The notes under the pieces: generated by a model
What the model saw: the letters and a program-made list of their open reading frames with translations, nothing else
Databases searched by the model: none
Told to the model about the DNA's origin: nothing
Part shown: one piece after another, positions 8,938-17,243 of the stretch
Position numbering within the stretch: the stretch's first letter is position 1
Layout of the letters: each line of letters starts with the position of its first letter
DNA from: Candidatus Harpocratesius repetitus
GTDB taxonomy: Archaea; Asgardarchaeota; Lokiarchaeia; Sigyniarchaeales; Promethearchaeaceae
Assembly: GCA_021498095.1 (NCBI GenBank)
Contig: JAIZWK010000001.1
Coordinates: 1,590,001 to 1,622,000, forward strand
Length of the DNA: 32,000 nucleotides
Direction: 5' to 3'
Translations under genes and position numbers: made by a program

Positions 8938-9567
8938 TCATAAGTTAATTCCCATCAATTTTTTTTGAAAGACTTCTTTCACGTCTTTTACTCTTACTAT
9001 TAGCATTTCAATGTAAGATCTCACTTCTTTTTTATATCTTGGATATTTATCGTCTAATACAATTTTTTCTGTAGAACCTTTTTTAAATACCAGTTTATTT
9101 TCTCCAAGAAATGTTTTTCGTTTAACCAAATCATCATAGAGCGCATTCCATAATTTCAACCAAGCATTGAAAAATAACTTTTCATCAAGATATGTAAAAA
9201 ATCCAAATGATTTCTCATCTGCATCTTTCTTAAATTGAAACCAGTTTAACGCAGACCAAAAAACATGTTCCTTTTCTTTATGGATTACCCATTCTTCTCC
9301 TTCGCAACTAGGATCACCACAACCACACGTAATAAAGTAATCTTCGACTTTTTTTCCGTTAAATATTTGTTCAGCATGAGATTTCCATGAACTGATGAGG
9401 AAGGAAATCGGTCCAGCGACCGGATATTTAAACGGAAAATTATTTACTTTGAATTTGATTAATATTGGGTATACGATATCCCATTCTTGATATCCATTGT
9501 AGAGGTTGAAGGAAGATAATTCTAATTGAAATTCCTTTTCATTCTGTGGAATAAAAAGATAATACAT
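8938..9567 (-). CDS. Hypothetical protein with a TCGCGDPSC motif
   Basis: 209-aa ORF with normal codon composition and a Cys cluster FITCGCGDPSCEG. It is divergent from arsR. Confidence 0.65.
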   Translation of the reverse strand: MYYLFIPQNEKEFQLELSSFNLYNGYQEWDIVYPILIKFKVNNFPFKYPVAGPISFLISSWKSHAEQIFNGKKVEDYFITCGCGDPSCEGEEWVIHKEKEHVFWSALNWFQFKKDADEKSFGFFTYLDEKLFFNAWLKLWNALYDDLVKRKTFLGENKLVFKKGSTEKIVLDDKYPRYKKEVRSYIEMLIVRVKDVKEVFQKKLMGINL

Positions 9568-9733
9568 AAATTGTTGATCTATGGTAGATAATTTTGTTAA
9601 TCGAAAGCTTTGATACTTGAAAAGTTTTCCTAACGTTTATGATATAACATTTTAGAATTTCTTAAAAAGCTTATTTGAAGTGTGTGAAAAGCAGTGAGTA
9701 GTCAATAAATATGAAAGTGATGAAAGTATAGCA

Positions 9734-9786
9734 ATTAGAAAGTATAAAACATTTTAATTATTATCAAAACATTTTATATTTCTAAT
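9734..9786 (+). promoter_or_regulatory. Candidate ArsR operator overlapping a TATA box
   Basis: Imperfect inverted repeat ATTAGAAAGTATAAAACATTTT (9734-9755), 10-bp spacer, then AAAACATTTTATATTTCTAAT (9766-9786). TTTATA at 9773-9778 is 23-28 nt before ATG 9801. GAAAGT repeats occur at 9713, 9722 and 9738. Confidence 0.55.
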
Positions 9787-9800
9787 CTGTAAATGTTACT

Positions 9801-10148
9801 ATGGAATCTCGAATCGATGAATTTCTGAAATCTTGTAATAAATCCCAATCATCGCCGGATTTTATGGTCCAATATCAAAATTTAGCTAAAAAAATTACTC
9901 AAAGCAAGGATTTTATCCAAGAATTAAAGCGACATAGTGCTTTGGCAAATAAATATCGCCTCTTAATTTATCATCTCCTTAAAGATGGCGAACAATGCAA
10001 TTGTTCACTGGCAAGGATTTTAGGATTGTCAGAAGGGTCAATCACCCATCATATAAAGAAGTTGGAAGATGCTGGTTTGATTGTAGGCCGCAATCGGGGT
10101 CATTTTACCATTTACTATACGGCTGCTAATCTAAAAAAGAGTCTTTAA
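9801..10148 (+). CDS. arsR: ArsR/SmtB-family transcriptional regulator
   Basis: ALANKYRLLIYHLL..GEQCNCSLARILGLSEGSITHHIKKLEDAGLI is an ArsR HTH. The CNC sits where the ELCVC metal(loid) site occurs. Confidence 0.9.
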   Translation: MESRIDEFLKSCNKSQSSPDFMVQYQNLAKKITQSKDFIQELKRHSALANKYRLLIYHLLKDGEQCNCSLARILGLSEGSITHHIKKLEDAGLIVGRNRGHFTIYYTAANLKKSL

Positions 10149-10206
10149 GAATAATGGATTGAAAGAAAAGGAAATCATTTTAATTTTTTTCAAAACGTTT
10201 TAATAA

Positions 10207-10608
10207 TTGCAAAACCTATTTTTAATTATGGGAAAAGTCGGATTTATTTTGTGTGTTTGCACTGGCGATTGCCCTGGTTTTGCAAGCATGAATGTATGGG
10301 ATTTGATTAACCAAGTACGCTTAGCGTTACCGGTAGAATGGGCAATTGTTCATCCGCAGTTGTGTGAAACTGATGGTGATCGATTTACTAAGAACTTATT
10401 GGAGCTAATTCGTCAAAATCAGTTGAAATATTTCATTGCAGGATGTTCTCCAAACATGCAACGTAAATTAATCGGTACTCATTTTAAAGAAGCAGGATTA
10501 AATTTTGAGGACTGGGTTATGCCTTTAGATGTACGAAATATGACTACAGATCAAGCTTTCGATGCCATTGAATCTCAATTAGAAAAATGGGTGAAAATTG
10601 ATGATTAA
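10207..10608 (+). CDS. Stand-alone HdrA N-terminal-like Fe-S module; likely start ATG 10228
   Basis: VGFILCVC...LC...IAGCSPNMQ...FKEAGLN...LDVR parallels the HdrA N-terminus (GVFxCxC...C...AACSP...AGLN...NIRE). There is no FAD-binding part. Confidence 0.75.
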   Translation: MQNLFLIMGKVGFILCVCTGDCPGFASMNVWDLINQVRLALPVEWAIVHPQLCETDGDRFTKNLLELIRQNQLKYFIAGCSPNMQRKLIGTHFKEAGLNFEDWVMPLDVRNMTTDQAFDAIESQLEKWVKIDD

Positions 10609-10924
10609 TTCTGATAAAAATAGAATTCCAAAGCAAATTCATCGATTTATGGGCGTGGATCGAAAAGACATTGACTGGTTTCCCATAATTGATTTTAATA
10701 AATGTAATAATTGTGGTGATTGTGTTCAATTTTGCGCCCATGGTGTATTTAATATGGAAAATGGAGTATTAATTGTTCAGAATCCAAAAAATTGTGTTGT
10801 GTTCTGTCAGGCATGTTTAAAAATGTGTCCAAAAGATGCATTAATATTTCAAGAGAAAAAGAAAGTTTTAGCCCAGATTAGGCAAATAAAATCGCAACAA
10901 AAACAATCCATAGATAATTATTGA
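10598..10924 (+). CDS. 2x[4Fe-4S] ferredoxin-family protein; likely start ATG 10601
   Basis: Contains IDWFPIID..CNNCGDCVQFC and CVVFCQACLKMCP. Confidence 0.9.
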   Translation: MMINSDKNRIPKQIHRFMGVDRKDIDWFPIIDFNKCNNCGDCVQFCAHGVFNMENGVLIVQNPKNCVVFCQACLKMCPKDALIFQEKKKVLAQIRQIKSQQKQSIDNY

Positions 10925-10954
10925 TAGACTTTAGAAAATAATTTAAAATAATAT

Positions 10955-11902
10955 TTGGTGAAATATATGAATGTAAAAATTGTTTTGATTCCTTGTATGG
11001 GATGCGAAAAGAACATAGGAAAGATCGGCACTTTGGCAGCTCTTTCTTTGGAAAAATCAAAAAAATTTCCTTTCCTAAGACTTAATCCATCTATCACTCA
11101 AATTGCTGCTGGAGAATATACTTCATTTTCTCCAGAAACATTGATTATTGCACTGAATTGCTGTAACGTTCGATGTTCAACAAAGATACTAAATCAAAAG
11201 TCTATAAAACCTCACTATTTGATAAATATCTCTAAATATTTGAAGGATATTAATATTCCAAAAGGTGATTATTCAATTCATGAGTTACTTAAAGATTCTT
11301 CAGTTTCGATTATTACCGAATGCCTTTCAAACGAAATTGAAGAATATGTTATTCAATTTACACATAAACATGAAGAAAATTCAGTTATCAAAGTAAATGA
11401 ACCTTCAAATTCTAAGACTTCATTCACATTCACACCAAATTATTCTAAAATGCTCGAATTTACTTTTTCAAAATTTAAATTTCAAGTTCCCATAAATCCA
11501 AATCGACTTTTCTTTAATTGGAATGATGCATGGGCTTACTATTTGGGTGAAGGAAAAGTGGTGATTGGTATTACAGATTATCTGCAAAAAAATCTATCTG
11601 ATATTCTCATTTGTGAATTTAACGAAATAGGCACTAATATTAGTCAATTTGAAGCCGTTGCAGAGATGGAATCAAGCAAGACTGTTAATGAAGTATTAAG
11701 TCCTTTCAGTGGTAAAATAATTGCTGTAAATACTAAGTTAGAAGAAGCTCCAGAACTAATAAATGAAGATCCTTATAATAATGGATGGATAGTTGTTTTA
11801 GAATGTAATAATTTCGAAGAAGAATCATCAGAATTAATGTCTTCTGAAGAATACTTTAATTTTATGAAGGAAAAAATTGAACAAGAAGGTATTTACCAAT
11901 GA
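10955..11902 (+). CDS. Fusion of an N-terminal divergent DGC (Cys-rich) domain and a C-terminal GcvH-like lipoyl-carrier domain; likely start ATG 10967
   Basis: The N-terminus has IPCMGC...ALNCCNVRCSTK, a DGC variant. The C-terminus has IGITDY.Q..L.DI...EMESSKTV.EV.SPFSG.I..VN..LEEAPELINEDPYNNGWI, the GcvH signature, with the lipoyl Lys at codon 11678-11680. Confidence 0.85.
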   Translation: MVKYMNVKIVLIPCMGCEKNIGKIGTLAALSLEKSKKFPFLRLNPSITQIAAGEYTSFSPETLIIALNCCNVRCSTKILNQKSIKPHYLINISKYLKDINIPKGDYSIHELLKDSSVSIITECLSNEIEEYVIQFTHKHEENSVIKVNEPSNSKTSFTFTPNYSKMLEFTFSKFKFQVPINPNRLFFNWNDAWAYYLGEGKVVIGITDYLQKNLSDILICEFNEIGTNISQFEAVAEMESSKTVNEVLSPFSGKIIAVNTKLEEAPELINEDPYNNGWIVVLECNNFEEESSELMSSEEYFNFMKEKIEQEGIYQ

Positions 11903-12321
11903 ATGGAAGGAAAAAAGTGAACATTTTACCTTGTAGCGGAATAGGAAAAACCTTAGGTACGTTAAGCCGATGGACTGCATTTGAAATTGTTGAACATTTA
12001 TGTCCTAAGAAAACTCAATTATTGTGTTTAGCGCGGGCTGTAGTAGGAGATAATGAAATCCAGTCGAAGATTTTAGATAATTATAATATTACTTTAGATG
12101 GTTGCCCTAAACAATGTGCTAAAAAGAATATCGAATTAAAAGGTGGCGATGTCCAAAAGTCTTATTTAATGGCGCGATTCTTAATAAAAAATCGAGATCT
12201 CATTTATGATAAGAAAAATGTTATTGATCCTGGAGATGGCGCTTTAGAATTAGCCAAACGTATTGCACTACAAATTAGGCCAGTAATTGATAAGATTTTT
12301 GATCAAGGCGGTGCGATTTAA
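11899..12321 (+). CDS. DGC-domain (putative Zn-binding) protein
   Basis: Contains PCSG...LCLA...LDGCPKQCAKK. The start overlaps the upstream stop (ATGA). Confidence 0.9.
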   Translation: MNGRKKVNILPCSGIGKTLGTLSRWTAFEIVEHLCPKKTQLLCLARAVVGDNEIQSKILDNYNITLDGCPKQCAKKNIELKGGDVQKSYLMARFLIKNRDLIYDKKNVIDPGDGALELAKRIALQIRPVIDKIFDQGGAI

Positions 12322-12323
12322 AC

Positions 12324-12758
12324 ATGATTAAACCGAAATATGTTGGATTACTATCTTGCAGTGGAGAAGAAATACCTGAAGGAACCATTTCTCGTATTGC
12401 AACAAGGAAAGTTTTGCAGGAATTATTACCTGGACTAACTACAACTGTATGTGTGCCTTTGTTTTTGACAGGTGACGAACAAGAACGAGGTTTTGTGCTG
12501 AAATATCCATGCATTGCCATTGATGGATGTGAAAAAGCCTGTGTTACGAGAAATTTAAAATTACTCGGGAAAAAGCCATTTGCTGAAGTAAATTTATCGC
12601 AATTCTTTAATTCAGATGAACTTAAAGAAATCAAAGCCAGCAAACTTCATGATCGCTCTTGGAAAGATCATCCCTATACACAGCGTTTAGCTGAACATTT
12701 AGCTTCCTTAAGCGCTCAGAAATTGCACGAAATAAATTCATCTGAAGAAATCTTTTAA
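12324..12758 (+). CDS. DGC-domain (putative Zn-binding) protein
   Basis: Contains SCSG...TVCVP...IDGCEKAC. It starts 2 nt after the previous stop. Confidence 0.9.
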   Translation: MIKPKYVGLLSCSGEEIPEGTISRIATRKVLQELLPGLTTTVCVPLFLTGDEQERGFVLKYPCIAIDGCEKACVTRNLKLLGKKPFAEVNLSQFFNSDELKEIKASKLHDRSWKDHPYTQRLAEHLASLSAQKLHEINSSEEIF

Positions 12759-12783
12759 AATTCTTAGCCCGACATTAATAACT

Positions 12784-13464
12784 ATGGTAAATGAGATAGC
12801 AATTATTGGAGAAATTATTGGTTATGTAACTGCATTTATTATTGCTGCAGTAATCATGCGAAAAAAGCCATCTTATATTGGAAATCGGTATTTTGCAGCA
12901 AGTTTCATCCTATTCGGTACTTATTCTTTAGTAATGATGATATATGAATTTGGAATTTCAGAGATTGTTGTTCTTGTTCTTTTTTATCTTTCTTTGGTAA
13001 TATTAAATTATGCAACCGCGTTTTTTGTTATATCAATGCAGATTTTTATTTATAGCAAATCATGGTTAGAATCAAAAATCCCCAAGGTAGTTCTTGCTGG
13101 ATCTACCATTATTGCGATTATTTCTGTGGTTATGCCTGTAAAAGTAGAATCATTAGGTCCTGTACAAACAACTAAGAATTTAGTAGCACTTATTTCTATG
13201 GGAATTTGGCAGTATACATTATTAATTTATTCTCTTGTTAAAATATCGCAAGTTTTGAAAAATATTGAACAAACAAATAATTTAGTGAAGAAGAAAATCC
13301 AAAAATTATGGATCGCACAACTTATCGGTCTTATGGCGCCTACTGCTTCTGTAATTGGGAATATTTTACAAAATTATGTAATCGTTGCTTTGCTTCACAT
13401 TTTTTTGGCAAGCGCATTTATTCTTGTAGCTTTGGCTATTTTGGGTAAAAAGGATATCGAATAA
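12784..13464 (+). CDS. Integral membrane protein with about 7 TM helices and no cytoplasmic output domain
   Basis: Seven hydrophobic stretches counted by eye in 226 aa. Confidence 0.7.
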   Translation: MVNEIAIIGEIIGYVTAFIIAAVIMRKKPSYIGNRYFAASFILFGTYSLVMMIYEFGISEIVVLVLFYLSLVILNYATAFFVISMQIFIYSKSWLESKIPKVVLAGSTIIAIISVVMPVKVESLGPVQTTKNLVALISMGIWQYTLLIYSLVKISQVLKNIEQTNNLVKKKIQKLWIAQLIGLMAPTASVIGNILQNYVIVALLHIFLASAFILVALAILGKKDIE

Positions 13465-13638
13465 TTAAAATTCATGATTTGTTATCATATAATAATCTTT
13501 TTCTTCATTTTATTATTCAATATGGATTGAATAAGTTAATCTTTTTAATATGAGAATAAAAATTAGAAAATTGAAAAAGTAGGTAGTTTAGTTAATAAAT
13601 AGTGAAATAAATACTATGATCAAGTTAGTTAATAAAAA

Positions 13639-14964
13639 GTGAATCAGAAGATTATGCCTTCCCAAACACCTCTTCCTAAACAATATTTTTACACATTTCC
13701 GTGGCTTAATGGGAGCAGTGAAATCCTTCTTGAAGATATGGGTTTGTTATCACAATCTAATGAAGCCACTTCAGTGGTAAATATGATCAAGAAGTTGTTT
13801 ACAGAATTTCATAATTTAGATCAAGTTGAAAATGATTTAGAATATAGAATTACCGAATTTCTTAAACAATGTGCTGAATCTAAAGAGAAATTTACAACTT
13901 CCACTGATGATATTATTCATTTGGCAATGTATCCGCTTTTACAAATAATTCTATCTTTATTAGGCAATCGTATATTAGGTAATGCTATGGCAAATATCTA
14001 CGCTAAGCACTGCCAAGAAGAGTTAAGATCGCATTCAACTTCTAAACAGCATGGTTCGAGAAATAAATATAATGACTATCAGATTCAAAGTATTTGTCAT
14101 AATTTAGGCTTAGAGTGTCTAGTAACTCCAAGAAATATGATTGATCATATTATTTATCCATTTCAAATGGATTTCCAATCATATCTTTCAGTTGCTACAA
14201 AATTGACTGGAGATAGATGGAAACTGATAAATAGAATTTTCGTGAAAGGAAAAGTAAATTTAATTCGTGATGATGTAATTCTATTGCTCCGTGAGATGGT
14301 TAGAAATAAGACTAAACCAGATTATAAAGCAATAGATCCTGAATTGAAGAAGAAAATTGAAGATATACCAGAAATTAGTCAGATTCTTGAACGTGTGGAA
14401 AAAATAGTTGAACAAAACTCAAAGAAATTCACTTCTTCATTGTTTATTGCTGATGAAAAAATTGAATATGAATTATTTCCACCCTGTATGAAAATGATCT
14501 TATTTCGTGCTTCTCAAGGGGAAAATTTGTCTCACAATGAACGTTTAGCCATTGCATTTTATTTTCTAAACACAAATCACAGTATTGAAGAAACAGTTGA
14601 TATATTTAGAACCATTCCAGATTTTGATGAATCTATTGCACGATATCAAGTGGAATTTGCAGCAGGTTCAAGGGGAAAGGGGAAAAAATATAAAATGTAT
14701 AATTGCGCTAAATTACGAAGTTTTCGTCTTTGTAAAGCTGATGATCCAAAATTCGGAGATCGACTTTGTATACAAGGTGGAAAGCGAAAAGATGGCACTT
14801 TTCAACCAATCAAGAATCCAATTAATGATTATGTCTTCTGGAAAAAAGTTGAACTTCAAAGAATTCACAGAAGTCAGATTCCTACGACATTGGATGGTTC
14901 AAAAACTTCTCAAACTTCTCAAGATTCTGTATCTTCTGTACACTCTGAAAAAACTAAAAAATAG
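13639..14964 (+). CDS. priL: DNA primase large subunit
   Basis: The Fe-S domain FPPCM...GENLSHNERLAIA...PDFDESIARYQVE...Y...C..LRSF.LC is present, adjacent to priS. Confidence 0.92.
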   Translation: MNQKIMPSQTPLPKQYFYTFPWLNGSSEILLEDMGLLSQSNEATSVVNMIKKLFTEFHNLDQVENDLEYRITEFLKQCAESKEKFTTSTDDIIHLAMYPLLQIILSLLGNRILGNAMANIYAKHCQEELRSHSTSKQHGSRNKYNDYQIQSICHNLGLECLVTPRNMIDHIIYPFQMDFQSYLSVATKLTGDRWKLINRIFVKGKVNLIRDDVILLLREMVRNKTKPDYKAIDPELKKKIEDIPEISQILERVEKIVEQNSKKFTSSLFIADEKIEYELFPPCMKMILFRASQGENLSHNERLAIAFYFLNTNHSIEETVDIFRTIPDFDESIARYQVEFAAGSRGKGKKYKMYNCAKLRSFRLCKADDPKFGDRLCIQGGKRKDGTFQPIKNPINDYVFWKKVELQRIHRSQIPTTLDGSKTSQTSQDSVSSVHSEKTKK

Positions 14965-14977
14965 GGCGAGCTGTTCG

Positions 14978-16252
14978 ATGAATTTAACCCAATATTATCT
15001 ATATAAACTATTTCAAGCATATTATAAGGCTCATCTGAAGAATTATCCCACTATCAGTGATTTACCAAATAGAGAATTTGCCTTTATACGTTGGGATCAT
15101 CCTGGAATGCAACGTCATATTGGATATCCAAATTCTAACTTTTTATTGGATTATTTGGTAAAATATGCTCCACGACACAGTTATCGGAGTGCAACTATCT
15201 ATTCAACTCCATCAGCAGATAAAATGGAGCATAAAGGTTATTTAGGTTGTGATTTTGTCGTCGATATCGATTCTGATCACATTCCTACTTCTTGTCAACA
15301 TCGTCATAACTATGTCATTTGTAAAAATTGCGGAAAACTTCTCTTGGGAGATAAACCAGAAGAGTGTCCTGACTGCCATAGTAAAAAATTTAAAAAAATT
15401 GTCTGGATTTGCGATGAATGCTTAAATGTTTCAAAAGAACAAGTGCATCATTTGATTGATGGATTTTTATTAAAGGATTTTAATATTCCCCTTTCTGCTA
15501 TCAAATTGAATTTTTCTGGTCATCGAGGATATCATGTACGTATTGAATCTAAAGTTTTTCGCTCGCTTGATCAAGAAGAACGTCGTGAAATTGCAGATTA
15601 CGTTACAGGTCAAGGTTTTTCTTATAATATATGGAATTATAAGCCTGTTCAATCCAATATGTCTGGATTCCGTATTGATCAACCTGGTTGGCCAGGTAAG
15701 ATTGCTCGTGAGTTCTATAAAGTTCTTTCTCAAGGGAGTGATTATACTGAAAATATTTTTTCAAATCCTCGATATGGGAATCCTATTCGTTCTAATGTTT
15801 TAAGGATTTTAATTGAACGAAGAATAGATCTCATTAGAAAGCTTGAAAATAAAAACCCCATTTGGGGAATTCCTCATGTTGGACCTACTACATGGCATCG
15901 TATATTTGAAATTTTGCGAGATTTAATTAAAGCTGATATAGATGTAGTTGTTTCTATTGATGTTCATCGATTAATTCGTTTGGAAGGTTCAATTCATGGA
16001 AAAGCAGGGTTAAAGGTAGTTGATGTTCCTTATGAAAAATTGGATGAGTTTGATCCATTGACTGATGCATTGACCTTTCCAAAAGAGAGTACAAATAAAC
16101 TAACAATTAAGATTACTGCTCCTATCTGCCCTCCAATTCGAATAGGGAAAATAACATATGATAATTTTCAACCTGATGAAGAATATACTGTTCCCCTAAA
16201 TGTCGGATTGTTTTTACTTTGTAAAGATGTTGCGGAATTAATAAAAAACTAA
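14978..16252 (+). CDS. priS: DNA primase small (catalytic) subunit; start taken as ATG 14978 rather than the track's 14585, which overlaps priL
   Basis: Contains FVVDIDSDH (DxD), FSGHRGYHV and SIDVHRLIRLEGSIHGK, plus a Cys-rich Zn insert. Confidence 0.93.
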   Translation: MNLTQYYLYKLFQAYYKAHLKNYPTISDLPNREFAFIRWDHPGMQRHIGYPNSNFLLDYLVKYAPRHSYRSATIYSTPSADKMEHKGYLGCDFVVDIDSDHIPTSCQHRHNYVICKNCGKLLLGDKPEECPDCHSKKFKKIVWICDECLNVSKEQVHHLIDGFLLKDFNIPLSAIKLNFSGHRGYHVRIESKVFRSLDQEERREIADYVTGQGFSYNIWNYKPVQSNMSGFRIDQPGWPGKIAREFYKVLSQGSDYTENIFSNPRYGNPIRSNVLRILIERRIDLIRKLENKNPIWGIPHVGPTTWHRIFEILRDLIKADIDVVVSIDVHRLIRLEGSIHGKAGLKVVDVPYEKLDEFDPLTDALTFPKESTNKLTIKITAPICPPIRIGKITYDNFQPDEEYTVPLNVGLFLLCKDVAELIKN

Positions 16253-16367
16253 TAAAAATTGGCGAATTTAACCTATATTATAATTTATTCACCATTTACA
16301 AATTAATTTCAATACAGATCTTTAACACCTAAAGAAAATTGTATGTATTAAAATTGAAGAAATCAGG

Positions 16368-17243
16368 ATGAAAGAAATGGATGCCTTTACCCAAGAAAAA
16401 ATCTATACTAATTTACTTCGAATTTGGGAACGCGTGCATTCAAGCAAAAAAATAATAAAAATCAACAAAAAAGAAGAGTTTCTCTCTGGTATTCGAGAGT
16501 TGGGTAAAGCACTTATAAAACAATTAAGCGAAACTAAGAATTTCACAATACAATTAATCATTCAGAAAACTATAGATAATATCCGCTATATGGTGGCAGA
16601 TATTCTGGAAATACGTGCAGAAAAAATAACAAATTCTGCAAAAACTAATGAATTTGTGGAAGAATCACTCTTATTTCCATTTGAATTGCAATTTTATCAT
16701 CAATTACAACCTTCATTTCGTGGTTTTTTAAAATCAAAACAACAAATTCTTCAATCCTTTAATTTCAATGAAATTTTCTCGCCAAATAAATTGAAAGATT
16801 TTAAGGATAGTTCTCAAGATTTTGAAAATGATAATTTTATCCCAAATTATGAAGATGACTCGTTTATTGATTCAACAGAATCTATTTCTGAAGATATTAA
16901 TTCTTCACAATATTCTGTAAATAAGTCTGAATCAAACGATAATTCAATATCAAATAATAATTCATCAGATTCACTTCAAAAAGAGCAAAAATATTCTTAC
17001 GACACACAAATACTATCTTCCACCAAAGAATCTTCAAAAGACTTCCTTAAATCCGCTAGAGCTAAGTCAAAAATCCATTATCAAACGATTATTTCTAATT
17101 CTGAAATTTCCCCTTTTGTTGGTCAAGATCTTATTATTTATGGACCTTTAACAAAGGGTGAAATTGCTAGTATTCCTGAAAAAAATGCTCAGATTTTTCA
17201 AGGAGAAAATATGATCAAGCTTATTAGATCAAATCACAAATGA
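16368..17243 (+). CDS. gins51: GINS complex subunit (Gins51/GinS-type) with a long low-complexity linker
   Basis: Lies directly after priS, a conserved archaeal linkage. It has a helical N-terminal A domain and a C-terminal B domain with PFVGQD..IYGPLTKGEIASIPEKNA. Confidence 0.7.
   Translation: MKEMDAFTQEKIYTNLLRIWERVHSSKKIIKINKKEEFLSGIRELGKALIKQLSETKNFTIQLIIQKTIDNIRYMVADILEIRAEKITNSAKTNEFVEESLLFPFELQFYHQLQPSFRGFLKSKQQILQSFNFNEIFSPNKLKDFKDSSQDFENDNFIPNYEDDSFIDSTESISEDINSSQYSVNKSESNDNSISNNNSSDSLQKEQKYSYDTQILSSTKESSKDFLKSARAKSKIHYQTIISNSEISPFVGQDLIIYGPLTKGEIASIPEKNAQIFQGENMIKLIRSNHK

Noticed and set aside
10955-11902. Calling this gene gcvH of a canonical glycine cleavage system
   Set aside because: It is fused to a DGC-like domain and no P, T or L protein genes are in the window, so the symbol was withheld. 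A role in glycine cleavage with genes elsewhere cannot be excluded.
14585-14977. Extended 5' end of priS given by the ORF track
   Set aside because: It overlaps priL by about 380 nt and has no primase-like sequence. ATG 14978 follows the priL stop at a normal spacing.
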